IMG/VR virus record: IMGVR_UViG_3300025316_000590
Span: 64,134 to 128,133 of that record
DNA length: 64,000 nucleotides
Direction: 5' to 3' (one strand)
Source of the DNA: a virus
Lineage: Duplodnaviria > Heunggongvirae > Uroviricota > Caudoviricetes
Shown here: one piece after another, positions 28,857 through 37,874 of the stretch
How positions within the stretch are numbered: the first letter of the stretch is position 1
Layout of the letters: each line of letters starts with the position of its first letter
Notes under the pieces: generated by a model
The model's input: the letters and a program-made list of their open reading frames with translations, nothing else
Database searches by the model: none
What the model was told of the DNA's origin: nothing
Position numbers and translations under genes: made by a program

Positions 28857-29024
28857 TTATCCTTTCAGGTATCCGAGATCGTCCTTGGGCCAGTCGTGGC
28901 GGGCATACAGGGCTTGCCACCAAGCCGCCGCCTCCTTCTCGTCGGCGGGCTTGGGCTTCCAGCACTTGTCGCACGAACAATTCACCGCAGCGTGGCGTTC
29001 GGGCTTCTGTTTGTTCTTGGGCAT
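28857..29024 (-). CDS. Small hypothetical protein
   Basis: AAAGGA RBS, just downstream of a promoter motif. Confidence 0.55.
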   Translation of the reverse strand: MPKNKQKPERHAAVNCSCDKCWKPKPADEKEAAAWWQALYARHDWPKDDLGYLKG

Positions 29025-29047
29025 GATACGGTTCCTTTCGGTATCCG

Positions 29048-29068
29048 TATCATGCAATCGCCGTGCCC
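29048..29068 (-). promoter_or_regulatory. sigma54-type promoter
   Basis: GGGCAC-GGCGA-TTGCATGATA. Confidence 0.8.
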
Positions 29069-29074
29069 GTCGAA

Positions 29075-29320
29075 TCAAACCTCGTCGCGGATTCGCAGGT
29101 AGGTCGGGAACCGAGGCACTCCGTCGTCGGTCAGTTCTTGGTAGCGGAAGGTGATCACGGTGCCGACCGGGAATCGGGACTCTTCGCGTTGTACGTCGTC
29201 GAACCCGCTGCCGACCGAGAACTCTTTACCGTTCGTCGCCCGGCATCGCAGGGCACCGAGGCGTCCGCGATGGCGGCCCTTGCCCGCGACGTAGCCGATT
29301 ACCGTAGCCTCGGCGTCGTG
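29075..29320 (-). pseudogene. Orphan C-terminal OB-fold of a second ATP-dependent DNA ligase
   Basis: HDAEATVIG..GKGRHRG.LGAL...FSVGSGF...YQELTDDGVPRFPTYLR is paralogous to the C-terminus of 29996..31018. Confidence 0.85.
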
Positions 29321-29905
29321 GGTTAGCCATGTTCTACCGTGTAGGACGTGCTGCACCGCACCCTTGCTCACGTCAAGTTCTGTTGCGATTTCTCGAATCA
29401 ACCACCCGATTCCGCGTAGTCTCCATACTTCATGAATATCGTCTTCTGTCAGTTTTGACCGGCAGTGCTGCTCGCCCCTGGGCATTCGACCTTTGGAAAC
29501 AGCATCTCGAATATTGTCTTCTTGTGATCCTAAAAACAGGTGGTCGGGACGGCAGCACCCACGGTTATCACAATGATGACAGACACTCTGGCCTTCCGGT
29601 ATAGGACCGTGGGTTATGATCCATGCCGCCACATGCGGTCCGTACCCCGCGAACTTGCAACTCTCCATAGCCCGTGCTTCCGTGACCACCGAGCCATTCC
29701 CAGCAGCTAGTGGCATCGTCTACTTTTGCAACGCGAGACCATAGACGGTCTGCGAGACTAGCCTCCCGATCTCCGATCAAAATCGCTAGCGGGTCACCGT
29801 GTGTTTTCCATCGCAGGTAGTGCTTTCGGCACCAACCGCGAGCTAGATGCACGTTCGGTTCGCTTGACCCAGTGTCTGACGTTCGCTAGATTTACGTTTA
29901 GCCAT
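29321..29905 (-). pseudogene. Frameshifted HNH endonuclease
   Basis: Pieces HLARGWCRKHYLRW, CWEWLG..GYG and VCHHCDNRGCCRPDHLFLGSQEDN lie in different frames. The last piece is fused to the ligase OB remnant. Confidence 0.8.
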
Positions 29906-29935
29906 GACTGCACTTCTACTGCATGTTGTGGATAG

Positions 29936-29999
29936 AACAGCCTGGAGGTTGGCCCCTCCAGGCTGTTTGTATTCTAGCCCAACTTGCGGAAAGCGTCAA
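29936..29999 (-). promoter_or_regulatory. sigma70-type promoter plus 13-bp hairpin leader
   Basis: TTGACG-17-TAGAAT (29994-99, 29971-76); hairpin 29936-29948/29955-29967. Confidence 0.75.
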
Positions 30000-31018
30000 G
30001 CTTGGTTTTCCGCCATTCGTAAGAACGTAGGAAAGCGTGGAACTCCTCGGTCGGTCAACTCTTGATAGCTGTAAGTGATGCGGCTGCCGATAGTCGGTGG
30101 GTTCGACCGCTGTTCGTCTGAAAAACCAGACCCGACCGAAAACGTCTGGCCGTCTGGCATCTCGCAAATCACTGCACCCATCACGCCTCGGTGCCTGCCC
30201 TTGCCCTGGGTGATACCGACGACTCTGGCTTCCATATCATGTCGGGTCTTCACCTTCAGGAGGGTCGTGCTGCGGCGGGCTTCGTACTTCGACTTGGGCT
30301 TGCGAAGCATCAAACCTTCCGCACCCTGAGCTTCGACCGAGGCGAGGTGCTGCCGCAGGTGTTCTTCGCCCTTGCAGCGAACCTGTCGAACCACCTGGGC
30401 CGGTCCTTCGCCTTGGACGACCTCGCGGAGGTATTCGTACCGTTCCTCAAACTCGCCGCCGTGCTTGGGGGCGTCGAAGACCATGTACTTGATCTGATGC
30501 CATTCCTCGCCGGGGTTCAGGCGACGGACGATGCTCATGGTTTCCTGAAACCGCTTGCGTCCGAGCCAAAGTTCGCCGTCCAGACAGACGTTCTTGGGCA
30601 TCGCGTCTTTGAACCACTGCGGGGCGTGGAATTCGTTGCCCAGGCGGCTTATGAACTTCTTGCCGTCCCACCAAGCCCGAACCCCGTCGAGCTTCTCGCT
30701 CATGTGCCATCCAGTCGGATCTTGGACACCGTCCCACTTTTCGGCCAACAGTACGGGCGGGGCTTCGACCGTTGGTTTTTCGATAGCAGGCCGTAACGTA
30801 GTACTTGCGATTGATGCAGTAGCCAAACCAAGACGTTCGTTTTCGGAAGCTTCACCTCGGAATTTCTTCAGGTGCTTGCACGTCCTCTGGTCTGGATGCA
30901 GATGTTGGTTTCTCCAGGACGGACAGGAGCAACTGTAGGCCCCGTTCGTGTTCTTAAGGATGTACGGGTTTTTACCCGATCCTTGCATGGTAGTTGATTC
31001 GCCGTTTTTCAAGTTCAT
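29996..31018 (-). CDS. ATP-dependent DNA ligase with N-terminal SWIM-like Zn finger
   Basis: Motif I SEKLDGVRA; LDGELW, YMVFD, EGLMLR and LLKVK; C-terminal OB-fold; N-terminal YSCSCP..TCKH. Confidence 0.93.
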   Translation of the reverse strand: MNLKNGESTTMQGSGKNPYILKNTNGAYSCSCPSWRNQHLHPDQRTCKHLKKFRGEASENERLGLATASIASTTLRPAIEKPTVEAPPVLLAEKWDGVQDPTGWHMSEKLDGVRAWWDGKKFISRLGNEFHAPQWFKDAMPKNVCLDGELWLGRKRFQETMSIVRRLNPGEEWHQIKYMVFDAPKHGGEFEERYEYLREVVQGEGPAQVVRQVRCKGEEHLRQHLASVEAQGAEGLMLRKPKSKYEARRSTTLLKVKTRHDMEARVVGITQGKGRHRGVMGAVICEMPDGQTFSVGSGFSDEQRSNPPTIGSRITYSYQELTDRGVPRFPTFLRMAENQA

Positions 31019-31054
31019 GGTTAAGTTCCTTGGAGTTTGTGTTTCCGTAGGCTA

Positions 31055-31075
31055 CATCATGCATCTTACGTGCCA
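31055..31075 (-). promoter_or_regulatory. sigma54-type promoter
   Basis: TGGCAC-GTAAG-ATGCATGATG, overlapping the HNH stop codon. Confidence 0.7.
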
Positions 31076-31716
31076 ATATTTTGAATTCGACGGCGTATCA
31101 GAAGCGGCTTGCGGCCTGAACTCATTTTGGGCATGGATAGGGCAATTTCGACTCCGTGTTTTTGAATACGTTCACGAAGCGTTCCCCAGGAAATTCCTAT
31201 GCGTCGTGCCCATTCCGTTAGACTGGCTGTTTGACCATTGTAAGTTAGCGGGGCTTTCCGAATTTCAGTGCGAAAGGCACGATGTGGGTCAACGTGCAGG
31301 CGGATATTCACAGCTTCCTTTGTAATGCCAAGACGACGTGCCCAGCCAGGAGCCGATAAGGTAATTCCGTCGTAAGTGTACATGGCCTTACGACGGTTGC
31401 CCTGCTGTTCCAGCCATGTGGCCCAGCGGCAGTTTTCTGGACAGTAGTTGCCGTCGTTATCGGGGTAGCGATCAATACTATGGCCGGGCGACGGGCGAGG
31501 CCCTATGTCGGCTAGGAAATTATCGAATGACTCGATCCAACGATCACAGACGCGAATTCCTCGACCACCGTAGTTTGCGTATTCACGGCGGTTCGAGTTG
31601 TAGCATCTCTGTAGCATGCCAGTCCAAATACTGTATTCAGTTGGATACTGAGATCGTCGTGTAGATCGCCTGTATTTTCTTCGGACGTTTTCAACGCTAG
31701 AATGGCTTTTAGCCAT
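31066..31716 (-). CDS. Free-standing HNH-type homing endonuclease
   Basis: EYSIWTGMLQRCYN..YGGRGIRVCDRW..SIDRYPDNDGNYCPENCRWAT plus repeated DNA-binding modules. Confidence 0.88.
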   Translation of the reverse strand: MAKSHSSVENVRRKYRRSTRRSQYPTEYSIWTGMLQRCYNSNRREYANYGGRGIRVCDRWIESFDNFLADIGPRPSPGHSIDRYPDNDGNYCPENCRWATWLEQQGNRRKAMYTYDGITLSAPGWARRLGITKEAVNIRLHVDPHRAFRTEIRKAPLTYNGQTASLTEWARRIGISWGTLRERIQKHGVEIALSMPKMSSGRKPLLIRRRIQNIGT

Positions 31717-31744
31717 GACAGCCTCTGTAATAGGTTGTAGTGGT

Positions 31745-31807
31745 GAACGGTCAAGGTATAGGCACCTTGACCGTTCTTATTCTAGCACGACCCCGTCTAA
31801 CTTTCAA
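31745..31807 (-). promoter_or_regulatory. sigma70-type promoter plus 13-bp hairpin leader
   Basis: TTGAAA-17-TAGAAT with extended -10 TG; hairpin 31745-57/31764-76. Confidence 0.75.
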
Positions 31808-31811
31808 GTGC

Positions 31812-32204
31812 TCACAATTCCCAACTTGGTCGTTCGATATCGGGCGTCCATTTCTCGGCCAGCAGGCAGGGCAGGTCGCCTGCAACCCCGACCGCTACGG
31901 GGGCCGCTGAGCGGCTCACGCGGGCTACCGAGCGTCGTGCGGCTGAAACTGCGACCGGGGCTGCTACGGCGGCGGGTGCTACCTGTACGGCGACCTGCTG
32001 GCCCAGGCGGGCCAGTTCTGCGGCGACTCCGCGAAGGGCCTTGATATGCTTGCAGGTTCGCATATCGGGGTGCAGGTGTTGGTTCCGCCACGCGGGGCAA
32101 GAACAGCTATACACGCCGTGAACGTTCTTGATCTGGTAGGGCTCGCGGGCCGAACCCTGAACATAGGCGACTTCGCCGTCTGCGAGGTTTCGGAAGGCTG
32201 GCAT
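31812..32204 (-). pseudogene. N-terminal remnant of a second DNA ligase (SWIM finger to LLAEKW)
   Basis: PYQIKNVHGVYSCSCPAWRNQHLHPDMRTCKH and LLAEKW are paralogous to the ligase N-terminus; the ORF then ends in ERPSWEL*. Confidence 0.85.
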
Positions 32205-32270
32205 GGTACTTTCCTTCGGTTGGGTGGCCGGGCCGCGTGGGGCCGGCAGGGTGTATTTTTCTACCGACCA

Positions 32271-32291
32271 TATCATGCGAACGCCGTGCCA
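32271..32291 (-). promoter_or_regulatory. sigma54-type promoter (leftward member of divergent pair)
   Basis: TGGCAC-GGCGT-TCGCATGATA. Confidence 0.8.
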
Positions 32292-32386
32292 GGCCGCATT
32301 AAAACCAGACACGTAATATGGTGGGCCGGGCGGAGCGGAAACGGGCAAAACGGGCCGGATTTAGGCCAATACGAATTCTGATTCAC

Positions 32387-32407
32387 TGGCACGCCGTTCG
32401 CATGATA
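32387..32407 (+). promoter_or_regulatory. sigma54-type promoter (rightward member of divergent pair)
   Basis: TGGCAC-GCCGT-TCGCATGATA. Confidence 0.8.
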
Positions 32408-32477
32408 TGCCCCGTAGAAAACACGAACCCGCCGAGGCAGGCACCCCGCCCGCCGAGGCCCAACCAAGGAAAAAGCC

Positions 32478-33173
32478 ATGCCCGCTACGATTAGAAGCTT
32501 TCTGGACACGCAGTTACACGCCGGCTGCAACATCATCAGCCTTGCCTACATCAGCAAGAAGACAGCAGGCGACGGCCTTTTGCAAAAGAGCCGAGCGACC
32601 GGCCAGCCGACCTCCGAGGTTTATCTGATGGGGGTGCAGCGTGAGGCCCAAGGTCGGTTTTTCCTGGGGTTCGACTACGCCAAGAACGTCGACGCCCAGC
32701 GGGAACGCGAGGGCAAAGCCGGCGACCCCTACGTGGTCGAGGGCCTGTGGTGCGACAAGGACGGCAACGCCAAGGGCCGCCACTTTGCCGACTACCCCAG
32801 CTTGGTTTTCCACGTTGACCGGCCCGCCAGCGAGTACCTTTACACGCGACCGTACCAGGACAAACAGGGGAGGATTCAGAAAGAGTACAGCGTGTGGCGG
32901 GATATCGCTACCCAGCGGATCCTGACCGCCGAAGAGGTGGCCGACCTCAAGGCCAACTACCTGCCCAAGGTCAGCCCGAGCAAGAAGCAGGATTTGGCGA
33001 AGGAAATCCCGGTGCGGGTTTTCAAACTGGAAACCATGTTCGCCCTCAAGGTCAAGGGCAAGGGCGAGTGGGTTTACCTTACCGAAGACCGCCCGAGCCG
33101 AGCCGAGCGAGTTGTGGCCCGCCGCCGCATGCAAACCGCCAACGCCGAACTTCGGCCCACCTGGGAAATCTGA
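32478..33173 (+). CDS. Hypothetical early protein
   Basis: AAGGA RBS; first gene after the promoter motif; ends RPTWEI*. Confidence 0.75.
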   Translation: MPATIRSFLDTQLHAGCNIISLAYISKKTAGDGLLQKSRATGQPTSEVYLMGVQREAQGRFFLGFDYAKNVDAQREREGKAGDPYVVEGLWCDKDGNAKGRHFADYPSLVFHVDRPASEYLYTRPYQDKQGRIQKEYSVWRDIATQRILTAEEVADLKANYLPKVSPSKKQDLAKEIPVRVFKLETMFALKVKGKGEWVYLTEDRPSRAERVVARRRMQTANAELRPTWEI

Positions 33174-33206
33174 GGTTGACCTCGGGCTAGACAAACTATA
33201 ATACTA

Positions 33207-33293
33207 GTGTTGTCAGCACATACCCCAAACACCCCCGTCCCGCAGAGGCTCTGCATCTTCTAGATGCTGTGCTGACAACACCTGCGGGGCGGG
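33207..33293 (+). ncRNA. Endonuclease-leader structured RNA, copy 1
   Basis: 33207-20 pairs with 33268-81 (14 bp); 33234-45 pairs with 33282-93. Starts just after TATAAT at 33197-202. Confidence 0.65.
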
Positions 33294-33310
33294 CTTTTAA
33301 TTCAACGATC

Positions 33311-33985
33311 ATGCCGTACAAAAACCCTGCCGACAAAAAGGCGAATGACGCACGACGTGCGGCGGCTATCCTTGCTGACCCTGTTCAACGGGAGAGACGC
33401 AATGCACGGCATTGTAAGAACTATGCCCGCCTCAAAAAGAACTCATCTTGGTGTAGGAAACGAGCCGAGGATTCGCACCGCCGCAACCAAACCAAATACT
33501 ACGCTGATGTGGCGGCATCCCGCAAGCTCGTGCGGGAGCGGTTATCGCAAATGCGGGTGGCCAACACAGGCAATATCAACGGAAAAACCAAGGCGTATCG
33601 CCAACAGCACCGGAAGCAAATCAACGCCAGTACCAAGGCATGGCTGGTGGCCCATCCTGAACGGGCCAAAGCGTACCGGCGGGCGGCACATCTTCAGGCA
33701 AAATATAAGATGACCCACAAAACATACGAGGAGATGTTTAACGCTCAGGGTGGCGTATGTGCTGCGTGCGGTCAGCCTGAAACAAGTAAACGGCTAGGAG
33801 TGATTCGGCACATGCACGTCGATCACGACCACGCCACCGGCAAGGTGCGAGCCCTATTGTGCCACAGATGTAATTCCGCCCTTGGACTTCTCAAGGACGA
33901 CCGAACACTGGTGGCTAACCTGCTACTCTACATCAGCAAGTACCAACCCGTCACCCGCCGAAGAATTCAAACTGTTGGCACATGA
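33311..33985 (+). CDS. Endonuclease VII-like HNH endonuclease
   Basis: QGGVCAACG..HVDHDHATGKVRALLCHRCNSALG. Confidence 0.9.
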   Translation: MPYKNPADKKANDARRAAAILADPVQRERRNARHCKNYARLKKNSSWCRKRAEDSHRRNQTKYYADVAASRKLVRERLSQMRVANTGNINGKTKAYRQQHRKQINASTKAWLVAHPERAKAYRRAAHLQAKYKMTHKTYEEMFNAQGGVCAACGQPETSKRLGVIRHMHVDHDHATGKVRALLCHRCNSALGLLKDDRTLVANLLLYISKYQPVTRRRIQTVGT

Positions 33986-33996
33986 CGTGCATGATA
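33976..33996 (+). promoter_or_regulatory. sigma54-type promoter
   Basis: TGGCAC-ATGAC-GTGCATGATA, overlapping the stop codon. Confidence 0.7.
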
Positions 33997-34019
33997 CGAC
34001 CAGCGAAAGGAACTGAATT

Positions 34020-34214
34020 ATGAGAATTAGAAGACCAGCAGTCGAATGCCCAAACTGGTGCCCGTACAAGACCTATACGTGGACGACCAAACAACTGGCC
34101 GCGTGGTATCTCAAGTATGGCGAATGGTGCCAGTACGATGGCCGTGTGTGGGTGCCCGTGACGAAACGTCTCGGTGGCGGAGTAGTGAGTGTCAGATTCA
34201 AGGAGAAGGTGTAG
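34020..34214 (+). CDS. Small hypothetical protein
   Basis: AAAGGA RBS. Confidence 0.6.
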   Translation: MRIRRPAVECPNWCPYKTYTWTTKQLAAWYLKYGEWCQYDGRVWVPVTKRLGGGVVSVRFKEKV

Positions 34215-34217
34215 GCT

Positions 34218-34472
34218 ATGAACGTCGGTGACATATTCTACAACACGCAGGACGAGCCATCACTGCCCGGCGTTCCGCCGTTCAAGAAGGGATTCTACAA
34301 GGTCATCAGCATCCGCGACAGCCTGCTCCTGCGACACCTGAAACCGCACCAGCGGCGGATGTACGAAATCCGCCGTTGCACCAAGAACGGTGGCAAACTG
34401 ATGAAGTACCACAACGACTGGTGCTGTACGAAGCTCGACGCGTGGTTGGCGTCCGGTCGGCTACAGCAATAA
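34218..34472 (+). CDS. Small hypothetical protein
   Basis: Lies in the operon. Confidence 0.55.
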   Translation: MNVGDIFYNTQDEPSLPGVPPFKKGFYKVISIRDSLLLRHLKPHQRRMYEIRRCTKNGGKLMKYHNDWCCTKLDAWLASGRLQQ

Positions 34473-34479
34473 ATACGAA

Positions 34480-34500
34480 CGGCACGCCGGTTGCATGATA
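34480..34500 (+). promoter_or_regulatory. sigma54-type promoter
   Basis: CGGCAC-GCCGG-TTGCATGATA. Confidence 0.8.
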
Positions 34501-34630
34501 AGACCGGCATACGAAACAACAGCCGCTCAATAAGCGGAATGCGGGTGCAGGTCTCGTAGACCTGCACCCTGCGGATACAAGAGGCGACGGTCGGCGGGCG
34601 GTGAAGTCCTCACCGCCTGGGCCACCACGG

Positions 34631-34758
34631 TTGACGTAGCGAGTAGATCAGCTAGACTAACGTTAGTCGGTTGACCTTGCACTTGGCCGACGAGCTTTGA
34701 TTCATTTACGCCCAACCCGTCTCACGTCACTCGCAAGGTCAAACGTGGGGCGGGTTGG
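34631..34758 (+). ncRNA. sigma70-type promoter plus endonuclease-leader structured RNA, copy 2
   Basis: TTGACG-16-TAGACT; 34671-80 pairs with 34733-42; 34712-26 pairs with 34744-58. Confidence 0.7.
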
Positions 34759-34776
34759 TGTCGTTAGGATCATATC

Positions 34777-35298
34777 ATGCCGGAAAGACGCAGAATAACG
34801 AGCGTGCGGTTCATACCGCTGACGCAGGGCCGGTTTGCTATCGTGGATGCAGCCGATTACGAATGGCTGACGCGATTCAGCAAGTGGTGCTACAACGGAA
34901 CCAAAGGCTATGCCGTCAGCAGCCTAGTTCGCCGGTTGTCTCGGGCCGGCGAATCGTATCAGATGCACCAGATCATTATGCGGGCTCCTCCCGGCGTAAG
35001 CCCAGACCATAAGAATGGCAACAAGCTCGATAACCGCCGCAGCAATCTGCGGCTGGCCAACGGTACGCAGAATATGGCCAACCGCGATCTACAGAGCAAC
35101 AACACGACCGGCTACAAAGGTGTAGTTAGGCATCGTGGTAAATTCCGAGCCCGCATCGGCGATGGACTTCGCAAGGGTGGTCGGCATCTTGGCATATTCT
35201 TGACCGTTGAAGAAGCAGCTTTGGCCTACAACACGGCGGCTGTTGAAATGTACGGTGAGTTCGCTTGTTTGAATTCGGTTGGCACGCGATTCGCATGA
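34777..35298 (+). CDS. HNH endonuclease with AP2 domain
   Basis: IPLTQGRFAIVD, DHKNGNKLDNRRSNLRLA, and AP2 motif GYKGV..FRARI..HLG.F..EEAALAYN. Confidence 0.92.
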   Translation: MPERRRITSVRFIPLTQGRFAIVDAADYEWLTRFSKWCYNGTKGYAVSSLVRRLSRAGESYQMHQIIMRAPPGVSPDHKNGNKLDNRRSNLRLANGTQNMANRDLQSNNTTGYKGVVRHRGKFRARIGDGLRKGGRHLGIFLTVEEAALAYNTAAVEMYGEFACLNSVGTRFA

Positions 35299-35300
35299 TA
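35280..35300 (+). promoter_or_regulatory. sigma54-type promoter
   Basis: TGGCAC-GCGAT-TCGCATGATA, overlapping the HNH stop codon. Confidence 0.8.
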
Positions 35301-35546
35301 CTTCCATCGTAAACGGTCAGCGTAAATCCTGCGGGCTCCCAAGCCTTCGGGCAGCAAAACAAGGTGGGCATACCCCACCGAATACGCTGACCGCCGCTCA
35401 AACCAGCAGCGAAGGAATGCTAGAATGTCTGAACGAGAAAAAAACGCCTGGAACGAGATCGACGAACAAGCCGCCCGCGAGGGTTCGGCCCGCCGCCGCG
35501 AGTTGCACGGCCCCGAAAACGGCCCCGAAGATGATGGAGACGCACC

Positions 35547-35810
35547 GTGCTAACCGTCGAACTCAAACACGAACGAGCGAAGGGCCGAACCGCCGAGGTC
35601 GCCACCCTCCGCGAAGCATCCGAGACCGTTCGCCTATACATCAGCTACTTTAGCCTTGGGAACGGCAACTGGCAGGGCGGGCTGGTACGCCAGAACGGCA
35701 AGCGGAAGTACATGATCTCTTACAATGGTCGTGTCTGGAAGTATGAGCCGAAAGGCTGGACGAACACGACGCCTGAAATCACTGGTGAAGAACTGGACAA
35801 ACCATTATGA
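35547..35810 (+). CDS. Hypothetical protein
   Basis: ORF in the early operon. Confidence 0.6.
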   Translation: MLTVELKHERAKGRTAEVATLREASETVRLYISYFSLGNGNWQGGLVRQNGKRKYMISYNGRVWKYEPKGWTNTTPEITGEELDKPL

Positions 35811-36160
35811 CCACAGCGACGCAACCGACCCTCGACGCCCGCGGCTGGTTTGACTTCGTCAGCGAGATTCACGAGCAGGTGAAAAAGGCGGGCCGCATCT
35901 ACACGACCGGCCAGATCGCTCGCCGCATCCGGGTCAAAGTCCTGAAGCAGTACCGCGATCAGGGCGACGACGAGATGACCGCCGAACGCGTGCGGCATGG
36001 CCTCGACCGTGTTGGCCCAGGCGGGCTTACCGGAATGATACTGCGATATGTAGAGGGCACCCTGGCCGTGCGAACGCGGGCGGGCGTGATCGATCAGCGG
36101 AACTACCACAACCGCGACGCATTCCTTGCGGCCATCCGAAACCTGAATCCAAGGGCATAG
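35807..36160 (+). CDS. Hypothetical protein
   Basis: ATGA overlap with the upstream gene. Confidence 0.65.
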   Translation: MTTATQPTLDARGWFDFVSEIHEQVKKAGRIYTTGQIARRIRVKVLKQYRDQGDDEMTAERVRHGLDRVGPGGLTGMILRYVEGTLAVRTRAGVIDQRNYHNRDAFLAAIRNLNPRA

Positions 36161-36366
36161 TCATGGACGAAGATATCGACGAACTCGATTACGAGTGCCC
36201 GCCGGTGTGCAGCGAGTGTGGCGAGAATCTTTGCGATTCGTGCGGCTGCTGCGGCAACCCGCACTGCGAAGCGTGCTGCTGCCCGCTTGTGGAACGCGAG
36301 GACGACGCGGGAGAATGAGCCATGAACGAATATGAAAAGTAATTCGCCTCGTTATCCCTAGCGGAG

Positions 36367-36720
36367 GTGATGGAGCTTCGGAAGATCAAGACGAAGCTGA
36401 CCGATCAGTACCTGCATGAGGAACTGCCCACGGTGCAGGGCTGGTGTAACAAGTGCGATGCCTGCGGGGCGGTCGGATACCAAGACCCGCCCGTGATGTA
36501 CACCGATCCCGAGTCTGGATCAGTGATCACGTTGCAGGGCCGTATTTACAACAAGACGATGTTTCGCGCGATCGGCGAGATTTTATGCGAGAAGTGTTTC
36601 GTCCGGGAGTATTACAACGGACCGACCAACGACGTGCCCAAGCGGGGCAACCCACACCTGACGACACCGCACTCGCAGTGGAGTTACGACGGTGGTAGAT
36701 TTGGAAGCGGAGAATGGTGA
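36367..36720 (+). CDS. Zn-finger-like hypothetical protein
   Basis: CDAC and CEKC motifs; GGAGG RBS. Confidence 0.6.
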   Translation: MMELRKIKTKLTDQYLHEELPTVQGWCNKCDACGAVGYQDPPVMYTDPESGSVITLQGRIYNKTMFRAIGEILCEKCFVREYYNGPTNDVPKRGNPHLTTPHSQWSYDGGRFGSGEW

Positions 36721-36721
36721 T

Positions 36722-37054
36722 ATGAACCACGAAGAATTCCTCAAGTTTCTTGGCAGCGAGGCCCGACCCAAGTGTGGCCGGTGCTGGTGGCGGGAGGGCC
36801 GCAAGTGCTACAACGAGAACCTCGGTGCAGTACCGGGCGAGGGTCAGGACATCACCGCTGAACTGTGGGCTACCTGCTCTGCCACACCCGCGTACCAGAA
36901 CAGTCGGGCGACCCTGGCTCAGGCCCTGCCGAACATCTTGCTGGCCGTCGCGGCACAGACGCAGCCCGCTGAAAAGGTTGTCCAGTGCTGCGAAGCTGTC
37001 GAGTCGGCATACGATTCGCATGATACCGCTGGTCAGAAAGGAACTGAATCATGA
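36722..37054 (+). CDS. Hypothetical protein
   Basis: Lies in the operon. Confidence 0.55.
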   Translation: MNHEEFLKFLGSEARPKCGRCWWREGRKCYNENLGAVPGEGQDITAELWATCSATPAYQNSRATLAQALPNILLAVAAQTQPAEKVVQCCEAVESAYDSHDTAGQKGTES

Positions 37055-37509
37055 CTATCGGAACCCCAAGTGTCTGCGAGTGGATTCGCAGCCTGCCGAA
37101 TACTAGCAACGTTCGCCCGTGCCGAGTCACCATCAAGGGCCAAACCTGGGAGGGTGCTTATTACGAGGAGGAACGCGAGTGGCAGCAGGGCATGGACGGC
37201 GTGCAGCGAGGTGAACACAAGGCGGGCGATAAGTACGTCATCCGCCGCATCTACCTGCTCGGCGACCGGCCTGTGTTCAACCGTGAACGTGTCTGCTTCC
37301 CGTCGTATGAGGGCCTGGACTGGTACGTTTCGGGCTACTGCGTCACCTTCAAGCCCGAGCAGAAAAAGTATCATCCCTTCGGCAAGAGCTTTCAGATCAT
37401 GCCGTGGGAGATCGAGGGCAAGCCCGACTGCAAGATCGACAGTCACGAACTGCACCCGTACCTGCGGGTGCCGATGACGGTCGAGTTCATCGAGGAGACC
37501 GCGTCATGA
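37051..37509 (+). CDS. Hypothetical protein
   Basis: AAAGGA RBS; ATGA overlap. Confidence 0.65.
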   Translation: MTIGTPSVCEWIRSLPNTSNVRPCRVTIKGQTWEGAYYEEEREWQQGMDGVQRGEHKAGDKYVIRRIYLLGDRPVFNRERVCFPSYEGLDWYVSGYCVTFKPEQKKYHPFGKSFQIMPWEIEGKPDCKIDSHELHPYLRVPMTVEFIEETAS

Positions 37510-37844
37510 CATGCCCCAACAAGCACCCCGAAGGCCCGGTTTGTCCGACCTGCGGCGGATCCTGTGCTCCGTCCGGAGTCGACAGAGGATCGTGGGTTCA
37601 CTTCCCTGTGACGGCCAGCGGTCGCGTGATCGATAGACTGGCCATCGAAGGTCATGGTGCGATTCAGGTGGACGAGTCTCCCGACCGCGAGCCGCCCATC
37701 ATCGTCCTCGCCGGCCCGATCAAGTTCTGGTGGCAGGAAGGTCAGTGGGATAGCCTGCGGCATCAGGAATACGTGCAGTGGCGGGACGCAGTGCGGGTGG
37801 CCTTGGTGAAGGCCGGATTCGCCGTCTATTCGCCACAGGTCTAG
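37506..37844 (+). CDS. N-terminal half of a split nucleoside 2-deoxyribosyltransferase-like protein
   Basis: IVLAGPI...ALVKAGFAVYSP; continues as 38330..38572 if 37836-38341 is removed. Confidence 0.7.
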   Translation: MTCPNKHPEGPVCPTCGGSCAPSGVDRGSWVHFPVTASGRVIDRLAIEGHGAIQVDESPDREPPIIVLAGPIKFWWQEGQWDSLRHQEYVQWRDAVRVALVKAGFAVYSPQV

Positions 37845-37870
37845 ACATTATGCCCTGTATAGCCTATACT
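37842..37870 (+). promoter_or_regulatory. sigma70-type promoter of the inserted HNH gene
   Basis: TAGACA-17-TATACT; the TAG is also the stop codon of the upstream half-gene. Confidence 0.7.
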
Positions 37871-37874
37871 ATGT

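Noticed and set aside
29568-29852. Independent 94-aa protein
   Set aside because: It is the N-terminal part of the frameshifted HNH pseudogene.
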